A stretch of 63,956 bases of DNA, filler included, from Klebsormidium nitens (Eukaryota; Plantae; Klebsormidiophyceae), in assembly GCA_000708835.1 (NCBI GenBank). It is 4 parts of 4 records of this genome, joined end to end, with 100 filler letters (N's around TTAATTAATTAA, not from the genome) between each part and the next. Parts side by side here need not be neighbours in the genome. Positions count along the whole stretch, not along the records: positions 28,143 to 49,580 come from DF237867.1; 3 more parts are not named here. One strand, 5' to 3'. A program made the position numbers and the translations under genes. Numbering within the stretch: the first letter of the stretch is position 1; each line of letters starts with the position of its first letter. A model generated the notes under the pieces. It saw only the letters and a program-made list of their open reading frames with translations. It did not search any database and was not told where the DNA came from. Shown one piece after another: positions 29,470 to 41,879 of this stretch.

Positions 29470-32420
29470 CAATTCGGAGAAAATGGCTAAGGAGGCTTGG
29501 AACGCGTTGGACAAAATGTGACAAGAGCAAGAGTGCAACTCGGAAGGCGGCAATTCCGGCACGAATTCAACACTTTGAAGATGCGGTCCGGTGTGTCCGT
29601 TGGCAGGTCACGTCGCGGGCAGAGCACACAATGGTTACCAAGATTGTTGTTGCTCGTCTTGACCGGACGTAATTCCTGGATGATCCATTTTTGCCGTGCT
29701 TGTTGGGTTGTCTAGCCGACTTGAAATGGTTCGGAACTTGACACCGAGCCTCGACTCCTAAGGGTGAGCCGAGGCTCGGTGGAAGTCACAACTCAGAATT
29801 TGCAAGTGTTTGAGCAAATGCTGTTCGGAGAGCAAGACAGCTCGCTGAACGACGGTGCCATATATTGTCAAGGGTGGCAACTTTGCTGGAAGAGCAAGGG
29901 TAGCCGGGGAAGGCTTCCGTCATGCTTGCCATACAGTGACGCTAGACCGTGGCACTCGGAGATAAAGTCTCGGTCGGTGGCTGGAAAACCGCCAAATCTG
30001 GGAAAAACGGCGTAGATTGCGAAAGCCCGAATCACTTCAAGAGTCATTGTCCAAAAAAGGACCCAGGAGTTGACGAGGGGTTGTCTCTGTTGCTTGAGAA
30101 GGGGGGAAGACCGTGGAAGACCGTGGATTCAATTCCAATACTAGCCAATGGCATGACGAAGGCAAAGAGCTCTAAGTCTTCATCGTCGAAGACGCTTGAG
30201 CAGTGGGAGACCCGAACATCAACTTTGGCCGCCAAGGATCCTCTTGAGGTAGCCGATTTTGGCACCGATTTTGGTATTGCGATGTGAAACGCTGGTGGGT
30301 GAGCAGCTTAAGAATCTCGATGAAGTCCGATTACGCTCCCATATGGCTTTCTTAGGTAAAGAAAGCCATCATGATGAAGGTCGACGTTGTGTTCCACGTG
30401 CGAAGTTTCAATGGACGGGAAGATGATGCACGGGTGGAGGAAAAGCATGTCGGTGGTTTGCCAACCAAGGCAACGTGAGAGGACCGTCGTGCTTGCTCAT
30501 AAGGGAAGCCCATAACCCGGTTCAACGTGGGCTCTGGAGGTTGGTCCCTGGAAGTTACGCCGGGTACGGGATTCTAGCTATGAAGCTAAGATACCGGGCG
30601 CTTGGTTCGTGGTGTAAGAGCAAGATCAAGGCGTTTCAAGATAAGAAATCTACATTTATGTAGGTCTAGCATCATTGATCGAGCAAATCTGAGAGCCATT
30701 TTCAAAAACATGGAGCGCCAGGGAGAGCACAGAAAATTGAAGCACATGGACGTGTGCGGGCGCAATGCCGATGATATCAAAGGGGTAGATAGATGCTTAG
30801 CTACTTTCTTTGACGAGATGTAAAAGCTCCTCGTGTGGTGCAATTGATAAAGCGGCCCAGCGATATTATGGCCCAGCGACATTACGGCTCGCTGAGGTCA
30901 CGGATTCTGGGAGAGCGTGTTGCCACGGTTGGTGTTGCATTCCGGTTAGAAGGTCAAAGATGTGCAAACGCACCGGGTAGGGGAGTGGGTCAACGAAAAT
31001 ATGGCGGCCTTCCTTAGGATAGGAGGGACGGTGCAATGGACTCAAAACGCGGCATTCTTTAGACAAGAGATCTCCGACTCAGCGGTTGAATTGGCGGCTG
31101 AAGAAGATCGGAGACGGGACGCTCGCTTGACTCGGACCGGAGCTGTGGGCGGAAGCGATTTTACGCCATGTCCCAAAAGCGCTTCCCTTCAGGAGTGTGC
31201 TGTAGATCCCGTGCCTTGTTTTTGCTGGGAGAAGCCAAACATTAGCCACTTACGGTGCTTCGGCCACGAGCCGACATCCACGTGCCCAAGAAACGATGAA
31301 AGCGAAACAAATGGCGCTGAATGATGGAGGACTCAGGCTGCTTGCGGCCCTAGTCGTGTGACTCCTCGACTCGGATGATTGTAGGGCTACTCCTACGAGG
31401 GAAGGCCGACAATGAACCCGATGTGGGGCTACTCCTAAAAGGGAGGCCGCCACCAAGAGTGAGATCTTCATGGGGCCCGCGGGCGTGCAAAGTGGCCGCA
31501 ACAGAAGGATACGGCGAGAGACCCGCATGCAAGAGATGGGTGCGCCGAGGCTGAGTGTATTGGGCGGATTTTCAACAAAATGGGGAGCATTCGGAGCCTT
31601 GAGCGTTTTGTTAGCCTCACGGGAAAAGAGTGGCCCTTGACGAAAGTCAATGGATGATGAATACGGCTTTAGTCGAGCAACGGGAACTGGGACTCTTCAA
31701 AATACGGAGGAGGGGAAGCTGCTTCCCATGAAATAGATTGACAGGATCAAGTACGCTTAAAGTCGCGGAGTGCTACAGATTTAGGATTGATGGCGGCTTT
31801 TAGGGTTTTAGGGTTTAGAATACTCGCAAAAGCACAAATTTACTTCGAAAAAGTCTACGCTCTAGTCAGCAAGAAGACGACTTTGCAGGCGCTCCTAGCG
31901 GTGGTTGCGGAACGGTGACTCCGGGAGTTGCATCGGTTGGACGTCAATTTGAACGGCATTTTTCAACAGGGAGTCAAAGGAGATTGTCAAGCAGCCAAGT
32001 AGGGTACGAGCAAGGAGGCCCGAAGTATATTGCCACTTCAACCGCAGTTTGTAGGGATTGTGCCAAACGCCGCATGCTTGGCACATGGGGCTAAAGGATG
32101 AGCTTGGAAACTTTTAAGTTTGTGGTTTCCATCGCAAAGAAATGCTTTTCTCAGGAATGATGAACGGTGAGCGGATTTGTCTCGTGGTCTGGGTAGACGA
32201 CATCCTTGTAGCGGTTTGAGGCGTGGAGTGCATTGCAAAAATGAAGATGTACTTGGCGGAAAAGTTTGACATGCGAGGAAGGCCGTGCACTTTTTGCAAT
32301 CGGAAATTTCTCGCAACCAGGAGGCGCGCACTGCAAAGTTGACGCAGAAGCAGCTGACGTGTGAGTTGCTCGGACGATACGGGTTGGCGAGCGCACGGAT
32401 GAGGAGTCGGTACCCCTTAC
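29470..32420 (+). mobile_element. Heavily decayed Ty1/Copia internal region (gag, integrase and RT remnants)
   Basis: Fragments read AKEAWNAL..FNTLKMRSG (gag), CESPNHFKSHC (zinc knuckle), GEWVNENMAAFL and KPNISHLRCFG (integrase), and LVVWVDDILVA..KFDM..EISRN (RT). There are many stops and frameshifts. Confidence 0.75.
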
Positions 32421-32644
32421 AATTGAAACACGGCGTTGTTGAAAATGACTGATTGAATAATAAAGTTCACACAATATGCGTCGAGTGATCGGATTCCAGC
32501 GGCACTAAAGCTATGTCGCCCGTGTGCTACATGAGACTCACTCAAGTAGAGTCACACTCCTAGTCTAGGTGTATGGGTACTGATATCCTGGTAGGCTCAG
32601 TTGACCACGGATAAGCAAGTCCGAAAGTTATGCGCAAATCCGAA

Positions 32645-33136
32645 TGTTTTATTCGGTGATTATAGTCAGCCGAATTACTATGTAATAAGGGTTTGGCCCG
32701 AGTAAGGGCTAGACTAGTGAGCGTCGGCGTTCGTGTATGGCGGTTGAATGGTTTAAGCGTTAGGCGATTTGGAGGTTAGGCGGTTGAGAGCGACCGTCAG
32801 TGTAAGCCGTAGACAAGGATATCGAAAGCTAAGATTGATTGTGACTGTGAGCTAGGCTAGTGAGCCTAGTCGTGTGTGATTTAGGCTTGTAGGTCTAGTA
32901 GGCTGGTGAGCCTAGTGGACGGGAGAGACCCGTAAGACATATAGTGGTGGAAACCACTGTTCTTATACATCATTCTAAAAGAAGTTTGTTGAGAGAAGGA
33001 AGCGGCTTCTTCGTGTGTTCCTCTTAGGATGCATGGTTGTCATCAATGAGTGATGAGCATGGGTGTCAGACAACGCGATAAAACCCCATGACGAGTATTG
33101 CAACTACACTACGAGTCCTTGTCACGAGTTTCAACA
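32645..33136 (+). mobile_element. Solo Copia LTR with 5-bp TSD CCGAA
   Basis: TGTTTTATTCGG...GAGTTTCAACA is flanked by CCGAA at 32640-32644 and 33137-33141. It is homologous to 37772-38234 and 49214-49580. Confidence 0.9.
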
Positions 33137-33299
33137 CCGAATATCCACGGCTGCAATTAAACCAATTCTTACAGCGGTTACCACTATAAGTTTTTCGGGT
33201 GTAACGCTTCTTTAATCCGAGCGCATTCAACCGCGAATCGCTGACTTAACGGTTATCGTCGAACTCCCTTCAACGTCATCAAGGAGATCGCGCACCCTC

Positions 33300-34250
33300 A
33301 AAGCCCGAATCTCATCACTCCTTCAAACAGTAAAGTCCTATGCAATTCCTATCTCGTTCTTGCATTTTGAACTTCCCCGTTTGTAACGCTTTAATCATGA
33401 TGTCCCCCTTCACGTCCTCCGTCCAGCAGTATGCAAACGCGACCTCCTTGCGTGCCACACGCTCCCGTGCAAAGTGATGAATCACGTTGATGTGCTTCGA
33501 CCGTTGTGAAGCGATCGTGTGCTTTAGAAAGCCTATTGCCCCTTGGTGGTCGCAGTAGATCTACTACGTCCCCAGGAGTCGAACACGAGATTTCCCTCGA
33601 GCTTGTGGAATCACAGCGCCCCCTTCAGCGCTTGCGCTGCGCTCATGTACTCCGCCTCTATTGTTGAGGCCGCCACCGTTGGCTGCAACCTGCTCGACCA
33701 CCTCACCGCTCCCGCGTACATTGAGAAGACGTACCCCGTTGTGGACCGCTTTGTGTTCACGTAACCCGCATGATCCGTGTTGCAATAAGCGATGCGAGCC
33801 TCTCCGCTCCCCCAAAGATTACCCCGTCCTCCGCCGTACCCGCTAGGCAGCGCACAACTTCAAGCGCCGCCCGCCAGTGCTCCTCAGTCGGCCTTGCTCC
33901 AAAGCGCGCAAGCGCGCCCACTGCCTATGCAATATCGGCTACTATTGCCTTGAAGAGCGTCGCGTCCGCCATTGACGTCACGCACCTAAAATTTCCAAAG
34001 AGTCTCATTCAGGCGCATGTGCCAAATGCACTTAAGGTGGCAGACCATGTCGGTCCTCCCTTGCTCGTGTCCCTGCGGCTACTGCATGTAGATCTCCTCC
34101 TCCAGCTCCCTATTGAAGATTGTCGTCTCGACGTCCGGCTGATGCAGCTTTAGGTCGCGCGCTTCGCGACCACCGCCAATAGTGCACGCAAAGTCGTGTG
34201 CTTGCTCACCACGGCATAGACTTCCTCAAACTCAATTCCTGTGACGATTC
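33300..34250 (-). mobile_element. Decayed Copia RT-RNase H fragment
   Basis: The minus strand reads GIEFEEVYAVVSKHTTLRALL, TTGYVFSMYAGAVRWSSRLQPTVAASTIEAEYM and QGAIGFLKHTIASQRSKHINVIHHFARERV. Confidence 0.85.
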
Positions 34251-34991
34251 GTGTGTATTAACTGCATACCGAACTCGCCACAGTATTTTACTCTGCGCCT
34301 ATTGGTGATTCGTTCTGATCGTATACGCATTCCGGGGCCGTTGCGTTCCGTTTTGATCTGTCGCTACATGCCCGGAAGCGGATCACGTGCTACTCTTGAC
34401 AATCTGACACTACCAGTTTATTGCTATGTCATGATTTGACAGCCGAGATGCCGCATACCTCTCAGCATGTACGAGTCTGTGCGTACACTGTATAATGCAT
34501 GGCGTGAATGTTGTGACATTGCTTGCATGAAGTCTGAAGCCGAAGGTCCGCCCTGAAGCTTACCTATTGGAACTACTGGTCTGTTTAGTCTGACTCTACA
34601 TTTCTCTTAGTACCTGGACATGAGGAAATTCCTCGCTTGCGAGCAAGGTTCCAAGTCCATGAACAGGAAGGAGGAGGACACTTCTGTAGTTACAATTTCT
34701 AGAAGAAGGGCGCTCCTCGGTTTCATGGCTGCTGCATAGGCGACAGTAATCTTCCGCTGCATACTCTGATCGCATTACCCTGCTTATAGCTCATAGCTTT
34801 GGGTGAGCGTCACAATTCCCCGCTTTTGCAGGTACCCTTTCGCCACCCGCCGGGACCTAATTTGCTCCACATTTCCAAGACCGTCCCATTTAATCTTGTA
34901 ATTTGGCACTTCATGGGACCCAGCTTAATACCCCTTCCGATTTTTCGACGAGCTTCCAACTCCCATTTTTTAACAAAGACCGCATTTCCTC

Positions 34992-36377
34992 CACATGTCA
35001 CGTACGCGGATCTGCCTGCGTCAAACTCCGCCAAGTTGGCGCAGTGTCAGCGCGGTACCACCGCAGGACCAGTTCATTTATTGTCGTACGGTACCATGAA
35101 TTTTCGGGGTCGTACCATGATGACTACGGGTTGGTACCACGGTGCTGGTACACTCGAACTGCAGTAGCATCGTACTAGTAGTGCACAAGAAATTAGGGTT
35201 CCGAGCAGCGAGCTTAGAGTTGGCAAGCAGACATGGCTTTCAAGCGGCAAAATCGGTTTGGAAAATCAAAACAATGGCTGCGGCAGGCGCTGCTTCCTCA
35301 TTCACGCCGCTCTTCAAGAAGTTGCAAGCAACATTTGTTGACAATCTTGAATGCAAAGAAGCCTTTATTTGGGCTTGAGAAAATCTTTCAAGGTGCTTTT
35401 TCAGCAATTCAAATTTGCAAGCCCCTCAAGACGTTTCTGTATCTCCCCCTTTTTATGCTGGAAGTTGCGTGGAGCTGCTCTCTTAGCTCTCTCAGCTCAT
35501 CTTTTATGGTGGAGCTCAACACAGACATTCCGACACACAGCCACGTCCAGCTTCCCAGCTGGATCTGTGATTTGTACCGGCTAGACTGTACCTACCTACC
35601 TAGTGTTCGCTGGAGTTGCGGGCCGCTCTTGCGTGCCGATGGAGCCCTCACACGAGCCGTAGATGAGCAGACCATTGGATGCTACGAACGGTTGCCAGGT
35701 CCCAGCAGGCCTCGGACTGGTCCGTTGATCCGGATTTCAAATTGTAAAACTGTACTAGTAGGTACGGATTACGGTACCGTAGGTACTACTGGTACTGTAC
35801 AGCGTTCAAACTACGGTATGACCACTGATCACACTCCGATCCTACCTAGGTACCTACCTGGATGTACCGGTACCTACGAAACCAACTTGGTACCTGGGCC
35901 GAAACTCTTAGTCTACGGTACCTAGCTACCGTACGCTAGGTAGGTAAATTGTACCAGGTACCTAGGTACCTACTTTTGGACCTACGGCAGGCTGTTGGTG
36001 GTGCTTTCGACCGGGCACTTTCTACATGCAAACGGAGAACTACAAAACGCCCGGGAAGTTGAATTTCTTCGGGCCGGGGACACCTGTAGCTCTGCAGAGC
36101 CCGAATGTCTCCAAAGAACCACCGAGATTTGCGGATCTCTACGGAGTTTCGAGGAACTTCCGTGCGACCAACACGGTGAGTCTGGGAGACTGTGCACTGA
36201 TTTTGTTGAAACGAGTGCGGTCCCGACGGGCGGAATTTTGTGGTTTGTGTACATGGTACACGGCGGTACCATGCATGGACCGGGGTTGCAGTGTACTGAC
36301 ACTGCAGTACCACCGCGGTAGAACTGCGCCAAACTCCATGAAATTTCACGGTCTCGAATCCGCGTACGTGACATGTG
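34992..36377. mobile_element. Putative non-autonomous DNA transposon (1386 bp) with terminal inverted repeats
   Basis: A perfect 20-bp TIR CACATGTCACGTACGCGGAT lies at 34992-35011 and inverted at 36358-36377, with degenerate similarity for about 55 more bp. Both flanks carry TC (possible 2-bp TSD). The interior is GTAC-rich and has no recognisable transposase. Confidence 0.65.
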
Positions 36378-37771
36378 TCGTCCATCAATATTCTTCATAG
36401 AATACTCTATTCTACTTTAACGGCTTCTTGATAGATCTGCGATTTTGGTGCTCCCCTTTTCCTCGCTTTAGGATGCTCCCCGGCCTTCGGTTCCGCCCGC
36501 TAAGTTAGCGCGGTACCACTCCCGCGGTGCGCGTCATTCCTCTTGGTGGCCGGTGTTTGCATCCCGGCATCCTCTTCTATCTCTTCCGGCTAGGCCCATT
36601 CTTCGCGCACAATCTCAACCTTCCCTCATTTTGGAAGCGCGCATGTCAGGCGCGCGCTCGGCCGCGGCGGTTAAATTGCGGTGAGATTCTACTTTGGGCC
36701 CTTCTGGACCTCCGTAATCTATGCGGCGTGACCCTCTGCCGTTTGGAACCGTACGTCACCGGACATTTATGGTGCAACCTTGCCGTAGGTCGAATACCGC
36801 GGCAATACTACGGTACTCCGAAGGTAAACCGGCCAAAAACCGACGGGTTCGACCAATATCGACTGCCGAGCGTCGGTCTGAAAGTGGTTCCGTCTGGGTG
36901 GGACCTAGGTACAAAAATTGCTGATCGACTCGTGGTATCGAGCCGCGCGACCTGAACTTCGGCTACTGTCCGGTACCTAGCTATCTGTGCCAAATTGTGG
37001 TACCCAGTGACATGGTACGGTACCGCCGTACAAACTAATGTAGCATAGATTTGAAACGCCGCGACAATCGTCGATACATAGACCTGTGCTCTAATTGGCG
37101 ATAGCCACCCCATAAGCAAACACGTGGCAGAAGTACAAATTTACCGTCCAGCTCTAAGGAAAAAAGGCCTTGTACATAGAATTGGCGTCATGCACAGCTC
37201 CCTTCTTTGCCCTTATTGGCCTTATCTAGACAAGGCCTTTTCCCTGGAATAAGAAGGGGAAGAAGGGTAAAGGAGAAGCTATGGCGCTTTTACACCACAA
37301 TTTGAAAGCAAGCGCCGTGGCTTCTTGTCACCTATTAGGAGGAGTTTTTACGACTTTTAGCTTCGAGCAACTTGGGAATCGTTTCATAAAGCATGAAACA
37401 GCATGTGGGTCAGAGGAGGGCTTTGCCGAAGCTTTCTTCATGTAGATCAAAACGTTTAAACGCGTTTTGAAGTTACACTAATCATACCTAGGGTCCGCAG
37501 GTCATACCTAGGTAATCGTCAAATTTTCCTAGGTTTTACTTGGGTACTGGCATGGCATTCTTTCTAGGAACCTCCGGCCGGCAGGTTTGAAACCTACCGA
37601 ATACTTGCCGGAAACCGGCGGCGGACCGACTAAAGTTACGTATTATCTATATTATCTAGGTCGTATCGGGAGATAATTCGGCCTGTACCTAGGTACGGAA
37701 GTCGCCCGATAAATGTCCCGTGACTTAAAATCGGAGCCAAGCTCGACAACCCGGTCTCCCCGATCCCCTCG

Positions 37772-38460
37772 TGTTAGAATTCGGTGATTATAGTCAGCCG
37801 AATTACTATGTGATTAGGATTCGACCCGTGTAAGTATTGGCTAGTGAGCGCCGGCGTGCGTGCACAGCGGTCAGGCGGTTAAACCGTTAGGCGGTTTGGA
37901 GGTTAGGCGGTTGAGAGCGGCCGTCAGTGTAAGCCGTAGATGAGGATATCGAAGGCTAAAATTGAGTGTGACTGTGAGCTAGGCTAGTGAGCCTAGTAGT
38001 GTGTGACTTAGGCTAGTGAGCCTAGTAGGCTTGTGAGCCTAGTGGAACGGGAGAGTCCCGTAAGACTGATAGTGGTGGAACCACTAATGTGATACATCAT
38101 TCTCNNNNNNNNNNNNNNNNNNNNCGGCTGCCATCAATGAGTGATGAGCTTGGGTGCCGAGCAACACGATAATACGATAAGCTCCGATGACGACTAACTC
38201 ACTATACTACGACTCCCTACCATGAGTTTCAACAGGTTATGGGCCCACAACGCTTGGTTGTGAAGAGGGCTTACGGATTCAATTTTTGCTGTCTGAAGGG
38301 CCAAAATTTGAATGCTCGCGCCGGTGAGCTTGTGAGGAAAAGGAGTGGGGGACGTTTGGCTTCTTTGTGTTCATGGGAGAGTGTAGTTGAGATGGCGGGA
38401 GACAAAGACTCTATTCCGCAACTGTGTGATGAGAACTGGTCAACGTGGGAACGTCTAGGA
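37772..38460 (+). mobile_element. Copia 5' LTR (37772-38234), PBS (38235-38246) and gag N-terminal fragment
   Basis: The TGTTAG...TTCAACA LTR is followed immediately by GGTTATGGGCCC (half-tRNAiMet-type PBS), then MAGDKDSIPQLCDENWSTW (Copia gag start), after which the element breaks off. Confidence 0.85.
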
Positions 38461-39404
38461 TTTTTGACACTCCGTCTCCTCTTTTCGTTTCATCGGCCTG
38501 GCTCCTCGTTGTGAGTCCGGAAGACCATCCGTCCAGGCGAGCTGTTGATTGCAGCAGGAGCCCCATCTTCTTGATGCTGTGCATGGGCAAGGAATCACCG
38601 CTCGAGGGGGGACCTGGGCATCCAGAACGAGTTCGTCGATTGGTTGCGCTGCGTGGACCAAGGCTACGAGAGGCGCCCGCATCAAGACGTGGTGGCGACA
38701 TGCTACTTCCACACCCCGGGGCGCTAGAATAGAAGGGGAACGGATCGCACGAGAACGCGCTTTTCCTTCGGGAGGGGTAGCTAACAGCTGTTAACTCAAA
38801 AATAAATTACTCGTAAAGAGTAACTACCCGAGCTAGGCAGAAATTCCGTACGAAAGTAACTTCGCATCAGATTGGTCGGCCAATCTTACAACCGCGTCGA
38901 ACATGAGTGTAAATACAGTCACAGATTTTGGCTTGCTTTATCTCGAACATGACATGCAGGTCGAGCAAAGTCTGCTCAGTCGTAAGACTAGAGGCAAAAA
39001 GTATCGTTTTTAGAAACGGGTCGAAGAGAAACAAACTTTGTAGAGTCATTTCGAGTACAAAGAGAGGCCCGTTCTAGACAAAACACTTGAGAAAAAATGA
39101 AGAGAAACACGACGTGAGTGTCATTAGTTCATGTAGGAGCTTTTTGGAAAGAAAACGCCCTGGGAAGCGCCTCGAGCAATTCGTGTTCCTTTTCCACTCA
39201 TTCGCTCACAAATTGTGCATCGCCGCAACTTTTGTGCATCCATAAAGTTTTCGTGAGCCGTCGGACACTCATGCGCACTTGTATATAGCAGCATGGGATA
39301 GCATTGTGTAGCTTTGCGGAGATAGCCCGCTTTGTTACTCATGGAGTGTCCTGCCGATTAGTTTTGTGTCTCTGTGCTAGTTTGTGAGCCGTTGCGCCTG
39401 TACA
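38450..39404 (+). mobile_element. Possible 3' end and LTR of an unrelated Gypsy element truncating the DNMT-Gypsy
   Basis: HENALFLREG-like end with purine run GGGAGGGG near 38770, then TGTTAA at 38789 and TGTACA at about 39404. Weak. Confidence 0.25.
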
Positions 39405-40705
39405 GAGCCGCGCGCTCTGCGGCGGTGAACGATCTCGAACTCGTACTCCTGAAGGATGTTAGCCCAGCGGGCGTGCATTCCTGTGAGCCTCATGTTCGTC
39501 ATCAGCCACTTCAGAGGCTCGTGATCTGTGATCAGCGTAAAATGTCGGCCAAAGAGGTACCAGCGGAAGACCTGGACTCCCCAGACAGCGGCGAGGCACT
39601 ATCCGTGATAGCTGGAGTAGTTGAGCTGAGTCCGATTGTTGCTACGAGAGGCGTACGCGACAACGTACTCCTTGCCTTCCTCGTCTCTTTGAGCGAGCAC
39701 GGCGCCCAGGCCGGCGCTGCTCCGATCAGCGTGGCGGCTCAAAGGGGAGGTCATACTTCGGTCGCCTGAGGATAGGCGCCTCGGTCAGTTTGACCGTTAA
39801 CTGCTCAAAGGCTTCTTGAGCTTGAGCTGACCATTCCCATGGCACGTCCTTCTGGAGGAGGCGGTTCAGAGGCTCAGCGATGCGGGAGTGATTCCGCACA
39901 TAGCGCCGATAGTAGCCGGCAGTGCCTAAAAAGGCGCGCAGCGTGGACACGTCATGTGGTGCCTGCATCTTGACGATGGCCTCAACCTTCGCCTGCTGCG
40001 GTGCGGTATCGTTGGGTACCACGAAGTAGCCCAGGTACTCGACATCTGACACAGCTAGCCTCACCTTCTTCGGATGACACCGAATCCGTTTGCGGCGCAG
40101 CTGCTCTTGAAGACCGCTCGCAAGTGCACCAAGTGCTCGTCGAACGACTTGTTGAAGATGATCATGTCATCAATGTAGCAGCGGCAGAACTCGAACTGAG
40201 CCCGCAAGGTGGTATCCATCATGCGCTGAAAGAAGGCCGGAGCGTTCTTCAGGCCAAACGGCATCACGACCCATTCAAAGAGTCCCCAAGGTCCCCAGAA
40301 AGCTGTCTTGCAACAGTCTTTCTCATCGATAGCGCCCTGGTGATAGCCCCAACGAAGGTCCAACGTGGTAAACCACGTCGCGCCCTGGAGTTGATCAAAG
40401 ATCTCCTCAGGCGTGGGCAACGGGTAGTGATCCGTGACGCTGACTTTGTTCAGCTCCCAATAGTCTCCGCATGGCCGTTTAAGCATCCAGTTACCGTGCT
40501 CATCCTTCTTAGGAGGCATGGTTGTGGGAAAGGCCCATGGGGACGAGGACGGTCGACTGAATCCGCACTTGATGCGTTCCTCAATGTGCTCATTCAGACT
40601 CTCCTTCTCCGATTGTGACAACCAATACTGATGCCGAAAGATCGGCGTATCGTCAGTGACCGGGATCGAGAACGTCTCCCCCCGGACGGTCGTCATCTCA
40701 GACAT
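39400..40705 (-). pseudogene. Gypsy reverse transcriptase and RNase H (frameshifted)
   Basis: Reads PLPTPEEIFDQL, TLDLRWGYHQ, KTAF, VMPFGLKNAPAFFQR, YIDD, YLGY, RAFLGTAGYYRR, GLGAVLAQ..VVAYASR, TDHEPLKWL and RWANILQEYEFEI. Confidence 0.93.
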
Positions 40706-40718
40706 GCTGTGTGCGAAC

Positions 40719-41241
40719 TGTGACGGCCCGGCGCACTACCACTGTGCTACGGTCGATTAAAAGGTTTTCCAGACGATACCTTTTATCGTTTTCGCCGTAA
40801 TTTATATATTAGTCGGGTTTTATGTGACGGGTTCGGGTTGACCGGGCTCTAATCGTCACACTCTCCCCAACCGACCCCCCGAAGCCGATCTGGGGTGAGC
40901 AACTTCCCAGTAGACCAGAGAGCGGATCAGACCAAAATTTTGCCGAATTTCGGGGGATTTATGCAGATACCAGAAAGTGACCATTCCATTTTTTCAGAAT
41001 TCAGAGTCAGAAATGCGGAATCGTGAGGTTCGAACCCATGATCCTTTGGCCGAAGAAAAGGTGACGTCATCCCGACGTCAACTTGACCTCTGATACCAGT
41101 GTGACGGCCCGACGCACTACCACTGTGCTACGGTCGACGATCAGGTTTTCCAGACGATACCTTTTATCGTTTTTGCCGTAATTTATATATTAGTCGGGTT
41201 TTATGTGACGGGTTAGGGTTGACCAGGCCCTAATCGTCACA
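40719..41241 (-). mobile_element. Complete TRIM (terminal-repeat retrotransposon in miniature), 523 bp
   Basis: Two 142-bp LTRs (40719-40860 and 41100-41241; TGTGACG...CGTCACA; 9 differences by my count). TSD CGAAC at 40714-40718 and 41242-41246. PBS TGGTATCAGAG (tRNAiMet) at 41098-41088 and PPT TTGGGGAGAG at 40870-40861 on the minus strand. Confidence 0.95.
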
Positions 41242-41879
41242 CGAACACCTGAACACGTTATGGAATTCGTCAACAGTTCATGACGCTTTCGCTTCTGGTA
41301 AGGAGTAAGGTGTCCCCCATGTCCCATTCCGTTTCGAACGCATCCTCCTCAGCGGTGGTGGTTCATCATCGGGTTCGAACTCGTCCTCATCATCATCAAT
41401 GAGAGCTGGTGATTCATCATCGGGGTTTGCCACATTAGGCGACGGCTCGCCGTTTTGGGCCGGAGGTAATCCGTTTTTTGGAACTTTCTCCGGAGGCTTG
41501 GGGCTTCGACACAGAAACTTTCTCCAGGGGCGCGTTCAAGGGCTCCACTTTGGGTGCATTCTCCTGCGCGGTGTGCCTGTTCTCACTCTGGGGCTGCTTT
41601 TTGGTAGCTTTCTCCAGAGGATCATGCAGAGGCTTGCCGTTCAAGCGGCTAGCTTCTTTCCCATCTTCGTCTTGAGGCCCCTCTTTCAGGGCTGACTCTG
41701 TCGGCATCGCATTCAGGGTCTTCTTGCGCAAAGCGTTCTTCCGAAATTTACTCGAAGGCCTCGCTTCCGTAGGTTCCCTCGGATCCGTTCCTTCTGACGG
41801 CGTTCCTACTCTCCCCCCCCCTCGCTCAGGTGAAATTCCTGAGGCAGCTGCTGGAAAAAAAGGCTGCCTGGAAGCAATG

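Noticed and set aside
31798-31816. Interstitial telomeric TTTAGGG repeats
   Set aside because: Under three copies within a decayed Copia, too short to interpret.
35233-35925. 230-aa ORF inside the TIR element
   Set aside because: No domain motif, and the 3' half is low-complexity GTAC-rich sequence.
40001-40618. Long antisense or alternative-frame ORFs (also 12177-13114, 53210-53794, 62159-62966, 23670-24231)
   Set aside because: Shadows of GC-rich coding sequence in other frames.
32640-41246. Similar TSDs CCGAA and CGAAC implying a shared target preference
   Set aside because: Only two events from different element types, so chance is sufficient.
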